From Octopus sinensis (taxonomy: Eukaryota): a stretch of DNA of 64,000 nucleotides. Of the stretch, positions 39,130-50,802 are shown piece by piece (position 1 is the stretch's first letter; each line of letters begins with the position of its first letter). The translations under genes were made by a program, and so were the position numbers. Location of the stretch: NCBI RefSeq assembly GCF_006345805.1, contig NC_043004.1, forward strand, positions 24,800,001 to 24,864,000, given 5' to 3'. The notes beneath the pieces are model-generated. The model saw nothing but the letters and a program-made list of their open reading frames with translations. It had not been told where the DNA came from and searched no databases.

Positions 39130-39560
39130 TCCCCCCAATGACAGCAAACTCTCTATAAAGCGTAAGCATTGCTCCCACATCTATGATGGAGCTGCTGTTA
39201 CACACACTGATGTGCTTGATTGCAATAAAAAAAAGGGCCATTCAACTGATAGGCATTAATCATTCACAAACACATCCTAATGTCCAGCTCACAGACATAA
39301 TGTCTCTTCTTTCTGCCTCTTCTTCCATTACAATTGTCTCTGCTTCTTAGGGATAGTTGGCCCCATCTCACCTGAACTGCTTGAATCTCCTCCTCACATC
39401 CTCTATAAAATGTCCTCCTTTGAAGGCTCCACACTATCAACTATGCTGAGTTCTTCTTGCCCAGAACATTAGTACTTTAACATTCCCTCCCTTGCATGTT
39501 TCTCCTCTCACTGTTGACTTCAAAAAGTTCAATTGTAACATTAACAGCATCAGTAACACC
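39130..39560 (+). mobile_element. CR1-group LINE 3' fragment, decayed
   Basis: Remnants LYKA, AHRHNVSSFCLF, YAEFFLPRTL and a VDFKKFNCNINS-type end. Confidence 0.55.
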
Positions 39561-39759
39561 AAAGCATATTCACCTGTACAATAGACACACATACAAGTGT
39601 GCATGGTCATTATAATATGCTGTATATAACTATAAAATAAGTTTTGTGGATGTATAAGTCTTCATACTTTTTATTATTAATAATAATATTAGGTTGTTTT
39701 ACATGAAATGTCGTATTTGAAAGGTAACAATAAAATGCTTCAGAAGTGTTAGAGAACTG

Positions 39760-40085
39760 ATTTATTTAATCAAAGTATGATCCATGTTCATTTATGACGT
39801 TTACCCAACGTTTCTCTATGTTATATATTCCACCTTTAAAAAAAAATTATCTTTTGCTGTGATAAACTGTCTGAATGCTTCAATTACCTCCTCTATTTAA
39901 GAATATTTCATTGCTTATGAAAAGCTCAAAATGCTTAGATATGTGATGACCAGTAGGAGAGATATCAGGGGAATAAGGAGGATGTTGCAAAATCTCATAA
40001 TTTAGGCTTTGCAATTTTTAGACCATAGCTTGAGGAGTGTGAGAACATGCATTGTCATGGAGCAAAAATGGGCCATCTCTATTCA
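39760..40085 (-). mobile_element. Mariner transposase C-terminal fragment
   Basis: LLHDNACSHT and LQHPPYSPDISPT (YSPDL-type motif). Confidence 0.8.
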
Positions 40086-40086
40086 C

Positions 40087-40935
40087 TAGTTTGGGTTGCT
40101 TCTTTTTGAAATTCTCAAATTCTCATGTTTTTCAGAATTTTGATCTTGGATTTGTGCAGAGCCATCCTTTGGTATAGACTGTTTTTTGTTCGACCTATGT
40201 ATTGCTCTTGACACCCAGAGCAGGTTAGTGCATATATCAGGTTCTCTGAAGAACATGTGAAACATTGTTCCCATTTGATCAGAACTCTGATCCCTCAATT
40301 GAATTGACGCATATCCCACAGTTGGGTCTTCCGCATTGTTTTACTGATGGCTTCAATGTTGTTGTTGAGTGTATTTGGATTTGTGTTAGGACACTTTTCA
40401 TAGATTTGGGCTGTCTCTTGCTTTTTATGATGGTGTGTGTTTGGAGGATTAAGTTCATTCTGCGATCCTTCTTTAGTAGGGGAATGTTTTGAAGGATGGT
40501 GTTGAAGGCTTCATTGTTAAGAGGGTTGTGTGTGGAGATGTATGATAGGGCTTTTGGTCATAAATCCTTCTTTAATTTGGGATGTCTGAGTTCGTGGATG
40601 TTGAGTTGTAGGGCACGTTGAAAACATATGTCAATTGAGTGACGGTGGGTAGTTCCTGGTGATGAGTGGATCCTTTAGTTCATGTAGTCTTGTGTCCCTG
40701 GTGCTTGCATTAGAAACTATAGTACAGATCCTTTTTGCTAGGTTGAAGGGGATATTCATCCTGGTGTGTCTGGGTGGCATGAGTTGAGCAGTAGATACTG
40801 CTTGGAGTCCGTGGGCTTATAGTATATATCTGTTTCTTTTACGTTGTTAGATTTCTTAACGAGGATGTCGAGGAAGGTAAGTTGTTGATGGTTACATTCC
40901 ATCGTGAACTGAATGTTTACATCAAGTCCATTTAT
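40087..40935 (-). mobile_element. Penelope-like element fragment (RT end to GIY-YIG linker)
   Basis: [50 protein letters not shown]. Confidence 0.85.
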
Positions 40936-41010
40936 AAGTGCTTGAAATTCTTTAAACCTCTAAATATACCTATATATAAATATATAGATATATGTATGTA
41001 TGTATGTATG

Positions 41011-41157
<147 letters not shown>

Positions 41158-41467
41158 GTGTGTGTATATATATATATTTATAAAAGGAGCACTCCATTGA
41201 TTACAACGATGACGGTCCCAGCTGATACAATCAACAGAACAGCTTGCTCATGAAATTAATGTGCAAGTGGCTGAGCACTGCACAGACACATGTACCCTTA
41301 ATGTGTTTCTCAGAGATGTTCAGCATGACACAGACTGTGACAAGGCCGGCCCTTTGAAATACAGGTACTACTCGTTTGTGCCAGCTGAGTGGACTGGAGC
41401 AATGGGAAATATAATATCTTGCTCAAGGACACAACGCGTGACAGGGAGATGAACTCATGACCTTACG

Positions 41468-41867
41468 AAAAGAAGAAAATAGAGATTTTGAAGTTAATAA
41501 GAGTTTATTATCAGCAACAAATCAATCATTATCCCTTACAGCTGTTTCAGTTATACACAGTGAAATTAATTGAATATTAAAAATCATATTCCTGAGCATA
41601 ATCTCTTCAGAGGGTAAAAATATGCCCTTAGATATTATATATGTTTGTTTGTAGATCCGGCACAGCATACTCTGCTGTGATGAATCCACAAGTATACACA
41701 ACATCTAAGGGTATATTTTTTCTCACTGAAGAGATTATGCTCAGGAATATGAATTTAATATTTAATTAATTTCATTGTGTATAATTGTAACAGCTGTAAG
41801 GGATAATGATCTATTTGATGCTGAGAATAAAGTCTTATTAACTTCAAAATCGCCATTTTCTTCTTTT
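41468..41867. mobile_element. Foldback element, ~175-bp inverted arms
   Basis: 41468-41642 vs 41693-41867; central hairpin cacagca-tactc-tgctgtg. Confidence 0.85.
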
Positions 41868-42149
41868 TCCTTTGCATGAATATAAACTACAGTTTATATA
41901 CAAACCTATTATTTTAAGGAAATCAAATCCCACCAAAATATTAGGTATTGAACCAGTATTTCCTTGGATGACACCATCCCTTCATGAGTCTAACATAACC
42001 CCTAACTGAATGATATATATATATATATATATATATAGTAATGTTTTTTGCTACTATACATGGCTGCTTTATAATGAACTATGTTACTACATTTTAACCA
42101 CAGGAAAATGTCTTTTCCAGCTGGTTAATGACTCACAACCTGTGTCTCA

Positions 42150-42267
42150 TATATTGTGAGTAAGGGAGCTTGGCAAGACCAGCAGACCATGGTAGGCCTT
42201 TACCCTTCATCGGTGCAGGATATCTACCTGCTAGAGATGGCAGTCAATCATCCCTACTCACAATATA
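42150..42267. mobile_element. Short MITE
   Basis: tatattgtgagta(a)ggga / tccctactcacaatata termini. Confidence 0.5.
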
Positions 42268-42292
42268 TAAACAGAGAAGTTGCAGACAGCTG

Positions 42293-42341
<49 letters not shown>

Positions 42342-42604
42342 AGCTAGGCGCTATGTAATACCATAAAAGAAAAATTTAATTGTCACTAAGTGTGACTAAG
42401 GGTGGTGAAGCATCTATATTGCTAGAAATAAGTCAAAATACTCTTAATGCTGTAAGGATCACAAATATATACACTGTGAGTACATATATTTGCACTCTTC
42501 TTACAGCATTAAGTGTATTTTGACTCTTATTTCTAGCAATGTAGGTCTTTTGGCATCCTTAATTGCATTTAGTGACAATATATATATGTATATATATGTG
42601 TGTA

Positions 42605-42650
<46 letters not shown>

Positions 42651-42654
<4 letters not shown>

Positions 42655-43819
42655 GAAAGACCCTTGTCCTACGTCCTGGTTTTGTTTTGTTGTTTATTTT
42701 TTATTTTTATTTTTACCGTTATTGTTTTTACGTTTTTTATTCTTATTGGTGTCACGTATTCTGTATTTTTGTTTGTGTACTTCGATCTGTTTTCCGTCCT
42801 TTCGTTGTAGACATTCGAAGCTTTCTTCCAGGGGATCTAATGCGCTTGGCTTAGATTTCCCTTGGCGGGCTGGCCATATCGGAGCAATCTCAAGATTAAT
42901 CAGCCGAAATTGCTAAGATGATCTGGTTCTTGACTGATGACTGAGGGCTTCGAATGTCCCGTCCTGTGGTTCTTGTGTCGTCTCTGTGGTGTTTCATGTT
43001 CTTGTCCATGTCTGTAATTAATGTTACTGTTTACTATATAATCGGCGGCTACGTATCCACAATTGTCCTTATACGATAAGTATATTTTTTTCTCAAGCTT
43101 TGATACGACTCTTAATCTGTCTCTTTTTCTCTCTCTCTCTCTCCTCCCTTATTCCACTCCTTTCTTTCCCTCTCCATCCGTCCCCCCCCCCTTTCTACGT
43201 TTCTCTATCTCTCTCACCTCCAGCCCCCTCGATCTGTCTCTTTCTTCTCCTCCCTCGTCCACCTTCTCTCCCTTTTCATCTGTCCCTTTCTCCTGTCTTT
43301 TGTTCTCACGTGACAGCTAGCCGCTGTTGAGCGCTCTTTTCGTTTTCAGCAGCCTCAGAAGCAACACGGATTTGTTCGTCTCCCCGTGGCCTTTAGGCAC
43401 AACTTCACAAGCCAGCCCCATTCTCAAATCGTCCTGTCGAAAGACCCTTGTCCTACGTCCTGGTTTTGTTTTGTTGTTTATTTTTTATTTTTATTTTTAC
43501 CGTTATTGTTTTTACGTTTTTGTATTCTTATTGGTGTCACGTATTCTGTATTTTTGTTTGTGTACTTCGATCTGTTTTCCGTCCTTTCGTTGTAGACATT
43601 CGAAGCTTTCTTCCAGGGGATCTAATGCGCTTGGCTTAGATTTCCCTTGGCGGGCTGGCCATATCGGAGCAATCTCAAGATTAATCAGCCGAAATTGCTA
43701 AGATGATCTGGTTCTTGACTGATGACTGAGGGCTTCGAATGTCCCGTCCTGTGGTTCTTGTGTCGTCTCTGTGGTGTTTCATGTTCTTGTCCATGTCTGT
43801 AATTAATGTTACTGTTTAC
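42651..43819. mobile_element. Non-coding element with 384/385-bp direct terminal repeats (TRIM/retrozyme/Penelope-like)
   Basis: 42651-43034 and 43435-43819 differ by one inserted base on manual comparison; 400-bp CT-rich interior; (TA)n on both sides. Confidence 0.8.
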
Positions 43820-43820
43820 C

Positions 43821-43885
<65 letters not shown>

Positions 43886-44219
43886 AAACAAGTCAAGATA
43901 GAAAATGCTAAAATAATTTTATAAAGAACATTTCAGTACCGGTTTCCGTCATTTTGAGACCTTTTCAACTGCAACGATTAAATATTAATTAGAAATGTTT
44001 TTTTAAAGGAATATTTGTATAGTGTTCAAATATAAGTGGCATTTTCCTTGTTTCTGCATTTCTCTGTCTCTCTTGTTTGTATATATATATATGCATATAT
44101 ATATGTATGTATATATATATAACAACAAAGGGTAAAATTAATTAATTAACTAGTAATCAATAATTTCACCAAGTAGAATTCGGCATGAAAAAGGACCATT
44201 TCACGGTAAACTCAAGTAA

Positions 44220-44456
44220 TACTTTATAATAGGGTTCAGCAAAGATTTGCTTTACCACATACCGAAGTTTAGAAATAGCAGCCAAAAAACCTTAGCTATT
44301 TCCTCTACTTTAAAAAAGTGGATTGTTTTTGAGTAATTTGTTTTTTTTCCGGGAGTCTCTTTTTAAAGTAGAGGAAATAGCTAAGGTTTTTTGGCTGCTA
44401 TTTCTAAACTTCAGTATGTGGTAAAGCAAATTTTTGCTGAACTCTATTATAAAGTA
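44220..44456. repeat. Near-perfect hairpin, ~98-bp arms, 40-nt spacer
   Basis: 44220-44318 vs 44359-44456. Confidence 0.9.
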
Positions 44457-45033
44457 TATATATATATATAAACACTTACTGTAAGCAAAATAAGGGTACA
44501 TGGTGTTCCATTAAATAGTAAGCTAAAAAGCATGTAATAAATGCACAAACAAATGAAAAATACAGAAGGTCACCAAATCCTCAATAGTTATCAGCCAAAG
44601 GGTTAAATGCAATTTCACACCTTCAACAATAATATTACTGCCCTCTGATCTTTTATCTTTTACTTGTTTCACTCATTAGACTGCAGTCAAGCTGGGATAC
44701 TGCCTTGAAGAATTTTGGTCAGACTTACTGACTCCAATATTTATTATTGTTTTGTAGTTATTCTATTGGTCACTTTTGCTGAATCGCTTAGTTTCAGAGA
44801 TGTAAATACACCAGCATTGGACGTCAAGTGGTGGTGGTGGTGGTGGGGACATGCACACACGCACACACACACACAGAAAGGCTTCATCCATTTTCTGTTT
44901 ACCAAATCCACTCACAAGGCTTTGGTTAGCCTAAGGCTATAGAAGACACTTGCCCAAGGTGCCACACAGTAGAACTGAACCTAGAACCATGTGGTTGGGA
45001 AGTAAGTTGGTTACCATGCAATATACATATATA

Positions 45034-45088
<55 letters not shown>

Positions 45089-45386
45089 TGTGTATAAAGA
45101 TTCTATAGTTATAAGTATAATTATAATTAGGGTTCAGCAAATAGCTTCACCACATATCAAAATTTAGAAATAGCAGTTAAATACTATTCCTCTACCATAA
45201 GATATCTCCCAGACAGCAATAAGATATCTCTCAGTATGTGGAGCAATTGGCTGAGCCCTAATTATAATTATGCTTACAATTATAGAATTTTTGTATAAGG
45301 TTACCCATAAAAGTTCTTTTAACATACCGAACTACTTGGTAAAATTATTAATTATTAATGAATTAACTAATTTTACCCTTTATTAT

Positions 45387-45418
<32 letters not shown>

Positions 45419-45654
45419 AATCCATCTGCATATCATACTATATTTATAAACATCATTAGAAGGCAAGATGTTGTAGAATATTCTGAAATAAAATATTTTC
45501 AGAGACTTATGTTCAAAAGCATAACATATAGCAGAGTGAGATGCACATCATCATGGCATTGATTCAGAAGAACAATAGAAATGTATCATTTCTTTCTTTG
45601 AGCTTTGTCAATGTTGTGTACCTAATTGTCACCTACTTAAAAAGAAAAAGCGGA

Positions 45655-45950
45655 AAGTGTAACCTCTCGAAAGAGCTGTTCTTCACTCCTGCTCCAGAGT
45701 GTTGGCTGCGGGGTCACTCCGAAAAGCTCTATCTGCGACGATTTCATCTCAATTGAAGGAGAAGGGCCTTCTCCGTCCGGGTTGCGGTTCCGTGGAATAA
45801 GCTGCCGGATGAGATAGTGAAGATTCCGACGACTGCTCGGTTCAAAGTCTCTCTTGACCAGAAATGGCCTGAACACTTTGCATGAACACCCTCCCTGTAC
45901 ATAACTCCATGGCCTTGCTTTTTGCGCCAAAAAATTAATTTAACTTAACT
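45655..45950 (+). mobile_element. CR1-clade LINE 3' end
   Basis: LRGHSEKLYLRRFHLN*RRRAFSVRVAVPWNKLPDEIV...FKVSLD, short 3' UTR, taact-type tail. Confidence 0.8.
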
Positions 45951-46573
45951 TAAAAATAATATTGTGCTTTGACATGTAGGAAACAGTGAATTAAACATTC
46001 ACCAGTTTTGTGGAAGCTTGCTAGGCTGTAGAAAAAACTCAGTAAACACAACTGAAATAGCATTAAATTAAAATTGTTATCTGTGTATCATACTAAATGT
46101 GTACACTGTTTTTAATATTGCAAATCTATGAAGAAATTTTATTTCAGATAAAATCCTTAGTTTCTTACCTTCTAAGGATATGTATAAATTTAGTATGATG
46201 CCTAAATGCCCTTGCTAAGGCAGTGCACTAGATGACACCTATCCCCCACTGTTCAATGGGGCACCCTCAGATTTACAGTAATCCATTTATTTTGAAACTT
46301 CACTTTAACATTATTACAAATTAATGCCTACCCAGAACATTCTGAAACATTTTTGGGCACCAAAGTCTGGCGACGGACCTATCTACATAGGTGTCAATTT
46401 TAATTTAATCCTATTTCAGTTGCATACACTTGGTCATGTATGTATGTATGTGTGTATGTATGTATGTATGTATGTATGTATGTATGTATGTATGTATGTA
46501 TGTATGTATGCATGTATGTATGTATGTATGTATGTATGTATGTCTTTACTTTCTCTTTTTAATTTAAATTAAA

Positions 46574-46937
46574 CTAGCACTATGACCCGGCAACGCCAGG
46601 TCATAGTGCTAGTGCATGCATATACAGCTGCGTGCGTGCGCACATACAGGCAAGTACTGTCCAAATCTCCAACCAATCACATACAGCTAGCTGGCATTCA
46701 ATTGGCATATCAAGTTTCGGGCATTTTGATTGGGTTTTGGATAGAAAACTCACAAAAAAATCACTTCTATTGATTTTTTACTGGCTTTGCAGGGTGACTG
46801 GGGAAATGTAAAGATGTGCACGACCACCCTTGGACGGTTTTAAATGACCATAGAAAGTGCGAGCCCTCTAACTGAAAAATTGTGGATTTGTATGAAGGAC
46901 ACACATGCAGACATTTTGCCGTTTATATATATAGAGA
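46574..46937 (-). mobile_element. Second non-autonomous Helitron family
   Basis: Minus strand TC start, CTAG end, A/T flanks; terminal 14-bp-arm hairpin ctagcactatgacc...ggtcatagtgctag. Confidence 0.7.
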
Positions 46938-46999
46938 TTTTGCCCAACCACTGACTTGGTAGCAAGGTTGTAAAGGAAAGTATCTTCTCTTAATCATCA

Positions 47000-47420
47000 C
47001 CTATTAAGTCTAAAGGTCTTACAGATTATAATAGTCCAAGATATCGTGATGATTTGTAGCATATGAATTAAGGATTTGCATTCTCTCTCCAAGATTCCAA
47101 GTTCAGCCAATTTTATTCCAGATGGTTTGGTATATATTCTGTTGCACCAATAATAATGGATAAGAAGCTCAACATGGATCTTGAGTACTGGATATCAAAA
47201 ACTCCTTATCAATGGTCCCTAGACATCCTCTTTCTCTTGTATTTTTCTAACCACATTTATGTTCAGTGGGGCAGCTGATTTCCACAGCAGAACATACCTT
47301 TTTTTTTGGTCCCATATGAGATCTGGCCATTTTGTTTTAACTTGGTGGCTGTTTAATTTTCAAGTTTCTCCAGTTTTCTTTTGATTCACCGGTCTTTTGA
47401 TTCACCCTGTTTGTAGGCGT
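47000..47420 (-). mobile_element. Highly decayed RLE-type LINE 3' fragment
   Basis: VEISCPTE-like motif followed by YPLLLV...LG pattern; weak. Confidence 0.35.
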
Positions 47421-48439
47421 TTTCTTTTTTGTTATCGTGTTCTATGTATGTATGTATGTGTGTATGTGTATGCATGTATGTACGTATGTATATATGTATG
47501 TATGTATGTATATATGTATGTGTGTATGTATGTGTATGCATGTATGTATGTATGTATGTATGTATGTATGTGTGTGTGTATGTGTATGCATGTATGTACA
47601 TATGTATGTATGTATGAATATATGAATGTATGTATGTATGCATGTATGTGTGTATGTATGCATGTATGTATGTGTATGCATGTATGTATGTATGTATGTA
47701 TGTGTGTGAGTGCATATGTATATGTCTGTTTACGAGTAGTAAAAGTTTCCTCACAGAGCCCTTCCATTCCATGGGTCCAGTGATTATTCTGGACGTAAGA
47801 GCCTTTTGCTATGCATAAACATATCCACTCTACCCAACACATGTATTGAGTACTTATTTGACCGACGGGTTTTTGCAGCTACATGTATAAACACATATGT
47901 GATTATGTGTGAGTGTGCAAACAACTTTTAGAAAAATAAGTTTTATTAAACAAGAAAGAAACCAAAGCCAAACAAGCACAAATGAAAAGAAATAAATTTT
48001 TGTTTGTTTTGCCTCTGAGCACTCTGTTCATTGTTGAAGAGTTTCTAGAAAGGTTTTCTATATGGAGAGGCTATTTACCCGCTTTTTTTTTTCTTTAAAT
48101 ATAAAAGCAGAAAAGCTCTGTCGCCATCGCTATGTCTTCTCTAATTTGTTCTGTCTTTTTTTTTTGTTTTATTTTCGTTTGTGTGTCTGTGTCTGTTTTT
48201 GAAAGGCTGAAGCCTTTCAGGTTTTTAGATGGTGTCATTGTTACCTTTTTAGTGGCCTGGTGTTGTGAACAGCAGGCTCAACAAAGCGGAGGGGAAGGTT
48301 AATAACAAAACCAAACAAAACAAATAAAAACACAAAACAAAGCCGGTACATTGTTAATTGTTGTTCAAGAAACCTCCCTCCCTACTTTTCATCACGTTTT
48401 TGTTTTTATGATTTTTTCCCCCCTTTTTTAATCACACCA

Positions 48440-49400
48440 ACAGTACCTCCACATATCATCATCATCACCGTCATCACAACTGCCGCCAGTACATATTGCC
48501 ATCAAAGACAGTGTGCCCTCGTGGTGGTTCAACGTACCAGAAATGGGAGCCAAATTCCCTGAAATCACACCCTATCATCATGGGGAAAGTAAGGGAGGGG
48601 AAAAAAAAGGAAGGACACATTCTATAATATATTCCTGAATATACGAAAAGACCGAATGGTAATAGCCGGAACGTCTTTGATTATAATAAGTCTGTTTAGT
48701 TAGGGGCTGCCCTGGGGCTAACAACAACAAAAACAACTGTCATTGTCATCACTATCACTCTCACTATTTTTTAACCATCAGCACCACCACCGTCAAAACC
48801 ACTTTGACGACCATCGCAGCCATCACTATCATCATATCCATCAAGCCACTGTGCAGTCCACCCTTTTATTCACCTACCATCAATGTATGTATGGCGTGGG
48901 CAGGTGGTTGTCATAGTTGTCGCCTCGTATGCAGTGAGGCAGGAGAAACGAGAGCAGGCGACGATGATAATGGTAATGGTGATGGTGACGGTAGTGGTGG
49001 TAAAGGCATCGGCGGCGATGAAGCTGAACAACTAAGGCAGCAGTGGTGGTGGTGTTGATGGTGGCAGTGACGGTGGTAGCGCGTTGACGTTCTTTGTTGT
49101 TGTTGTTGTTGTTGGCGGTGTAGGCGGCGAGAAAGCAGCGGCGTCGTCGACGACGTCAGTTTACAATGACGACGGCTGTGCGGGCGCTGACGATGTTAGC
49201 TGGGCACGGGCACTCCTTCCTACTGTACAGTAGCAACATTGTTGGTGGCTGGTGCCAACCGCATCGCCGGACTTTTTGACATGTCTGCGGTTTGGTTTAG
49301 AAGCATCAGAAAGCATTTCAGAAAGCAATGTGGAAGTTACTTAAGCGCAAGTTAAAGCAGGTTCGAGGCACGACGCCGAAGTAAGTACGAACTTAAAATT
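48440..49400. promoter_or_regulatory. CpG/GC-rich island, probable promoter / first exon
   Basis: Visibly CpG-dense (e.g. gcggcgtcgtcgacgacgtc at 49138-49157), free of SINEs, triplet-rich UTR-like sequence, ends at a perfect donor gtaagt at 49381. Confidence 0.5.
49328..49380 (+). CDS. Candidate first coding exon MWKLLKRKLKQVRGTTP(K)
   Basis: ATG in gcaATGt context, open to a gtaagt donor (phase 2). Confidence 0.3.
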
Positions 49401-50328
49401 AATGGCTGATCACCTTTAACACACGTGTAGAGCTGTTTCATTGTTTATATGTCTATGGAGGTTTCCACTATCACCCACTACAAAACACTCTCACCGTCTA
49501 TCTATTCAGATACTCATGTACTAAGCATTTGTAATATTATACATAATATTATATAAAATATGTGTGTATTTGTAATGTTAATAATGTCGACCATTTATCC
49601 ATGAGATATTTTATCGTATCTCATATCATGCATCGATCTCTTACGTCTGTGTATATTTTTTTTTTGTTTCGTCTCCCATCGTAAAGAATATTTTGTTTAA
49701 ACTTTACAGTGTACCAAGGGTGTCATAAAATAAGTCATTTGGTCAACGTGTTTAACATATTTCGGCGGCTTTCAATAAGAAATAAGCGATAATCTGTTAT
49801 AGCATTTCCCATATCATTTATAAAACCATGTTGCTATTGTTACACACACAGAAACATCTACAAAATCTATGTGTGTGTGTGTGTGTGTGATAAGATATAA
49901 GGTATTCTTCTTCTTCAAGACTATACTCATTTAATATTATCTAAGTTTTTTGGTGTTCGAATGACACAGCTGTAAGCTAAAAATCTGTTTTTATGTGGGT
50001 GTGAGTTTTATCTATGACGCTGAGGTGGTGGTGGCATTATCGGCAAAACGAACCTCTGAGTCAGTCAGGGTCTACTAAAGCTACCTACCTACTTATATGC
50101 ATGTCCGATTGCAGCCTACCTAGCGGAATCCTAATTATCGCTGTTCCATGAGATAATTTCAGGATGATCTGGTTTAAATCTCTGACCACCAGCACACTCG
50201 ATTAAACACTTAGGTTCCGCTTAACGATTTCTGAAAGCATCACTTTCCTCTTCGTTTCCTTTTGTCTTCTTCACGCCTTTCTTCTTCTCTCTCTCCGTCC
50301 TTCTGTTTATCTCTTTCTCTCTCTCTCT

Positions 50329-50413
<85 letters not shown>

Positions 50414-50742
50414 ATATAAATGAAATTCTTTTCTCATTTTATTTTTTGTGTGTTAATTGTACGTCGCTTACCGCACCCATCATTTCCAGTTCAGTATCGA
50501 ACTTTCATTGAATGTATGTTAATAAACTGAACTGACATGTAGTAAAAATCCAAACATGCTTTGGCTTAAAGTGCAGCACGGGAAACGTTCGATCCTTCCA
50601 GTGGGAAAGAAGAAATACATCTTCACCAACGACGACTGTATGCTAATGAGAAGCACCTGGTCTCTAATTTAGTACACAATGACAAGAAATGTGGACACAG
50701 TCACTCTAAGTCTTCTTACTACTTTTATACACACGCACACGT

Positions 50743-50802
<60 letters not shown>

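Noticed and set aside
42104-42155. Plus-strand exon ending at gtgagt
   Set aside because: The donor is supplied by a MITE terminal repeat; no other support.
42905-42960. Canonical hammerhead in the 385-bp repeat
   Set aside because: CTGATGA is present, but I cannot pair it with a GAAA through a proper stem II; left as an open question.
48804-49058. GC-rich ORF in the island as a coding exon
   Set aside because: All frames on both strands are interrupted by stops within ~85 codons; the composition fits a triplet-rich UTR.
49298-49327. Heat-shock element
   Set aside because: GAA/TTC spacing does not fit nGAAnnTTCn.
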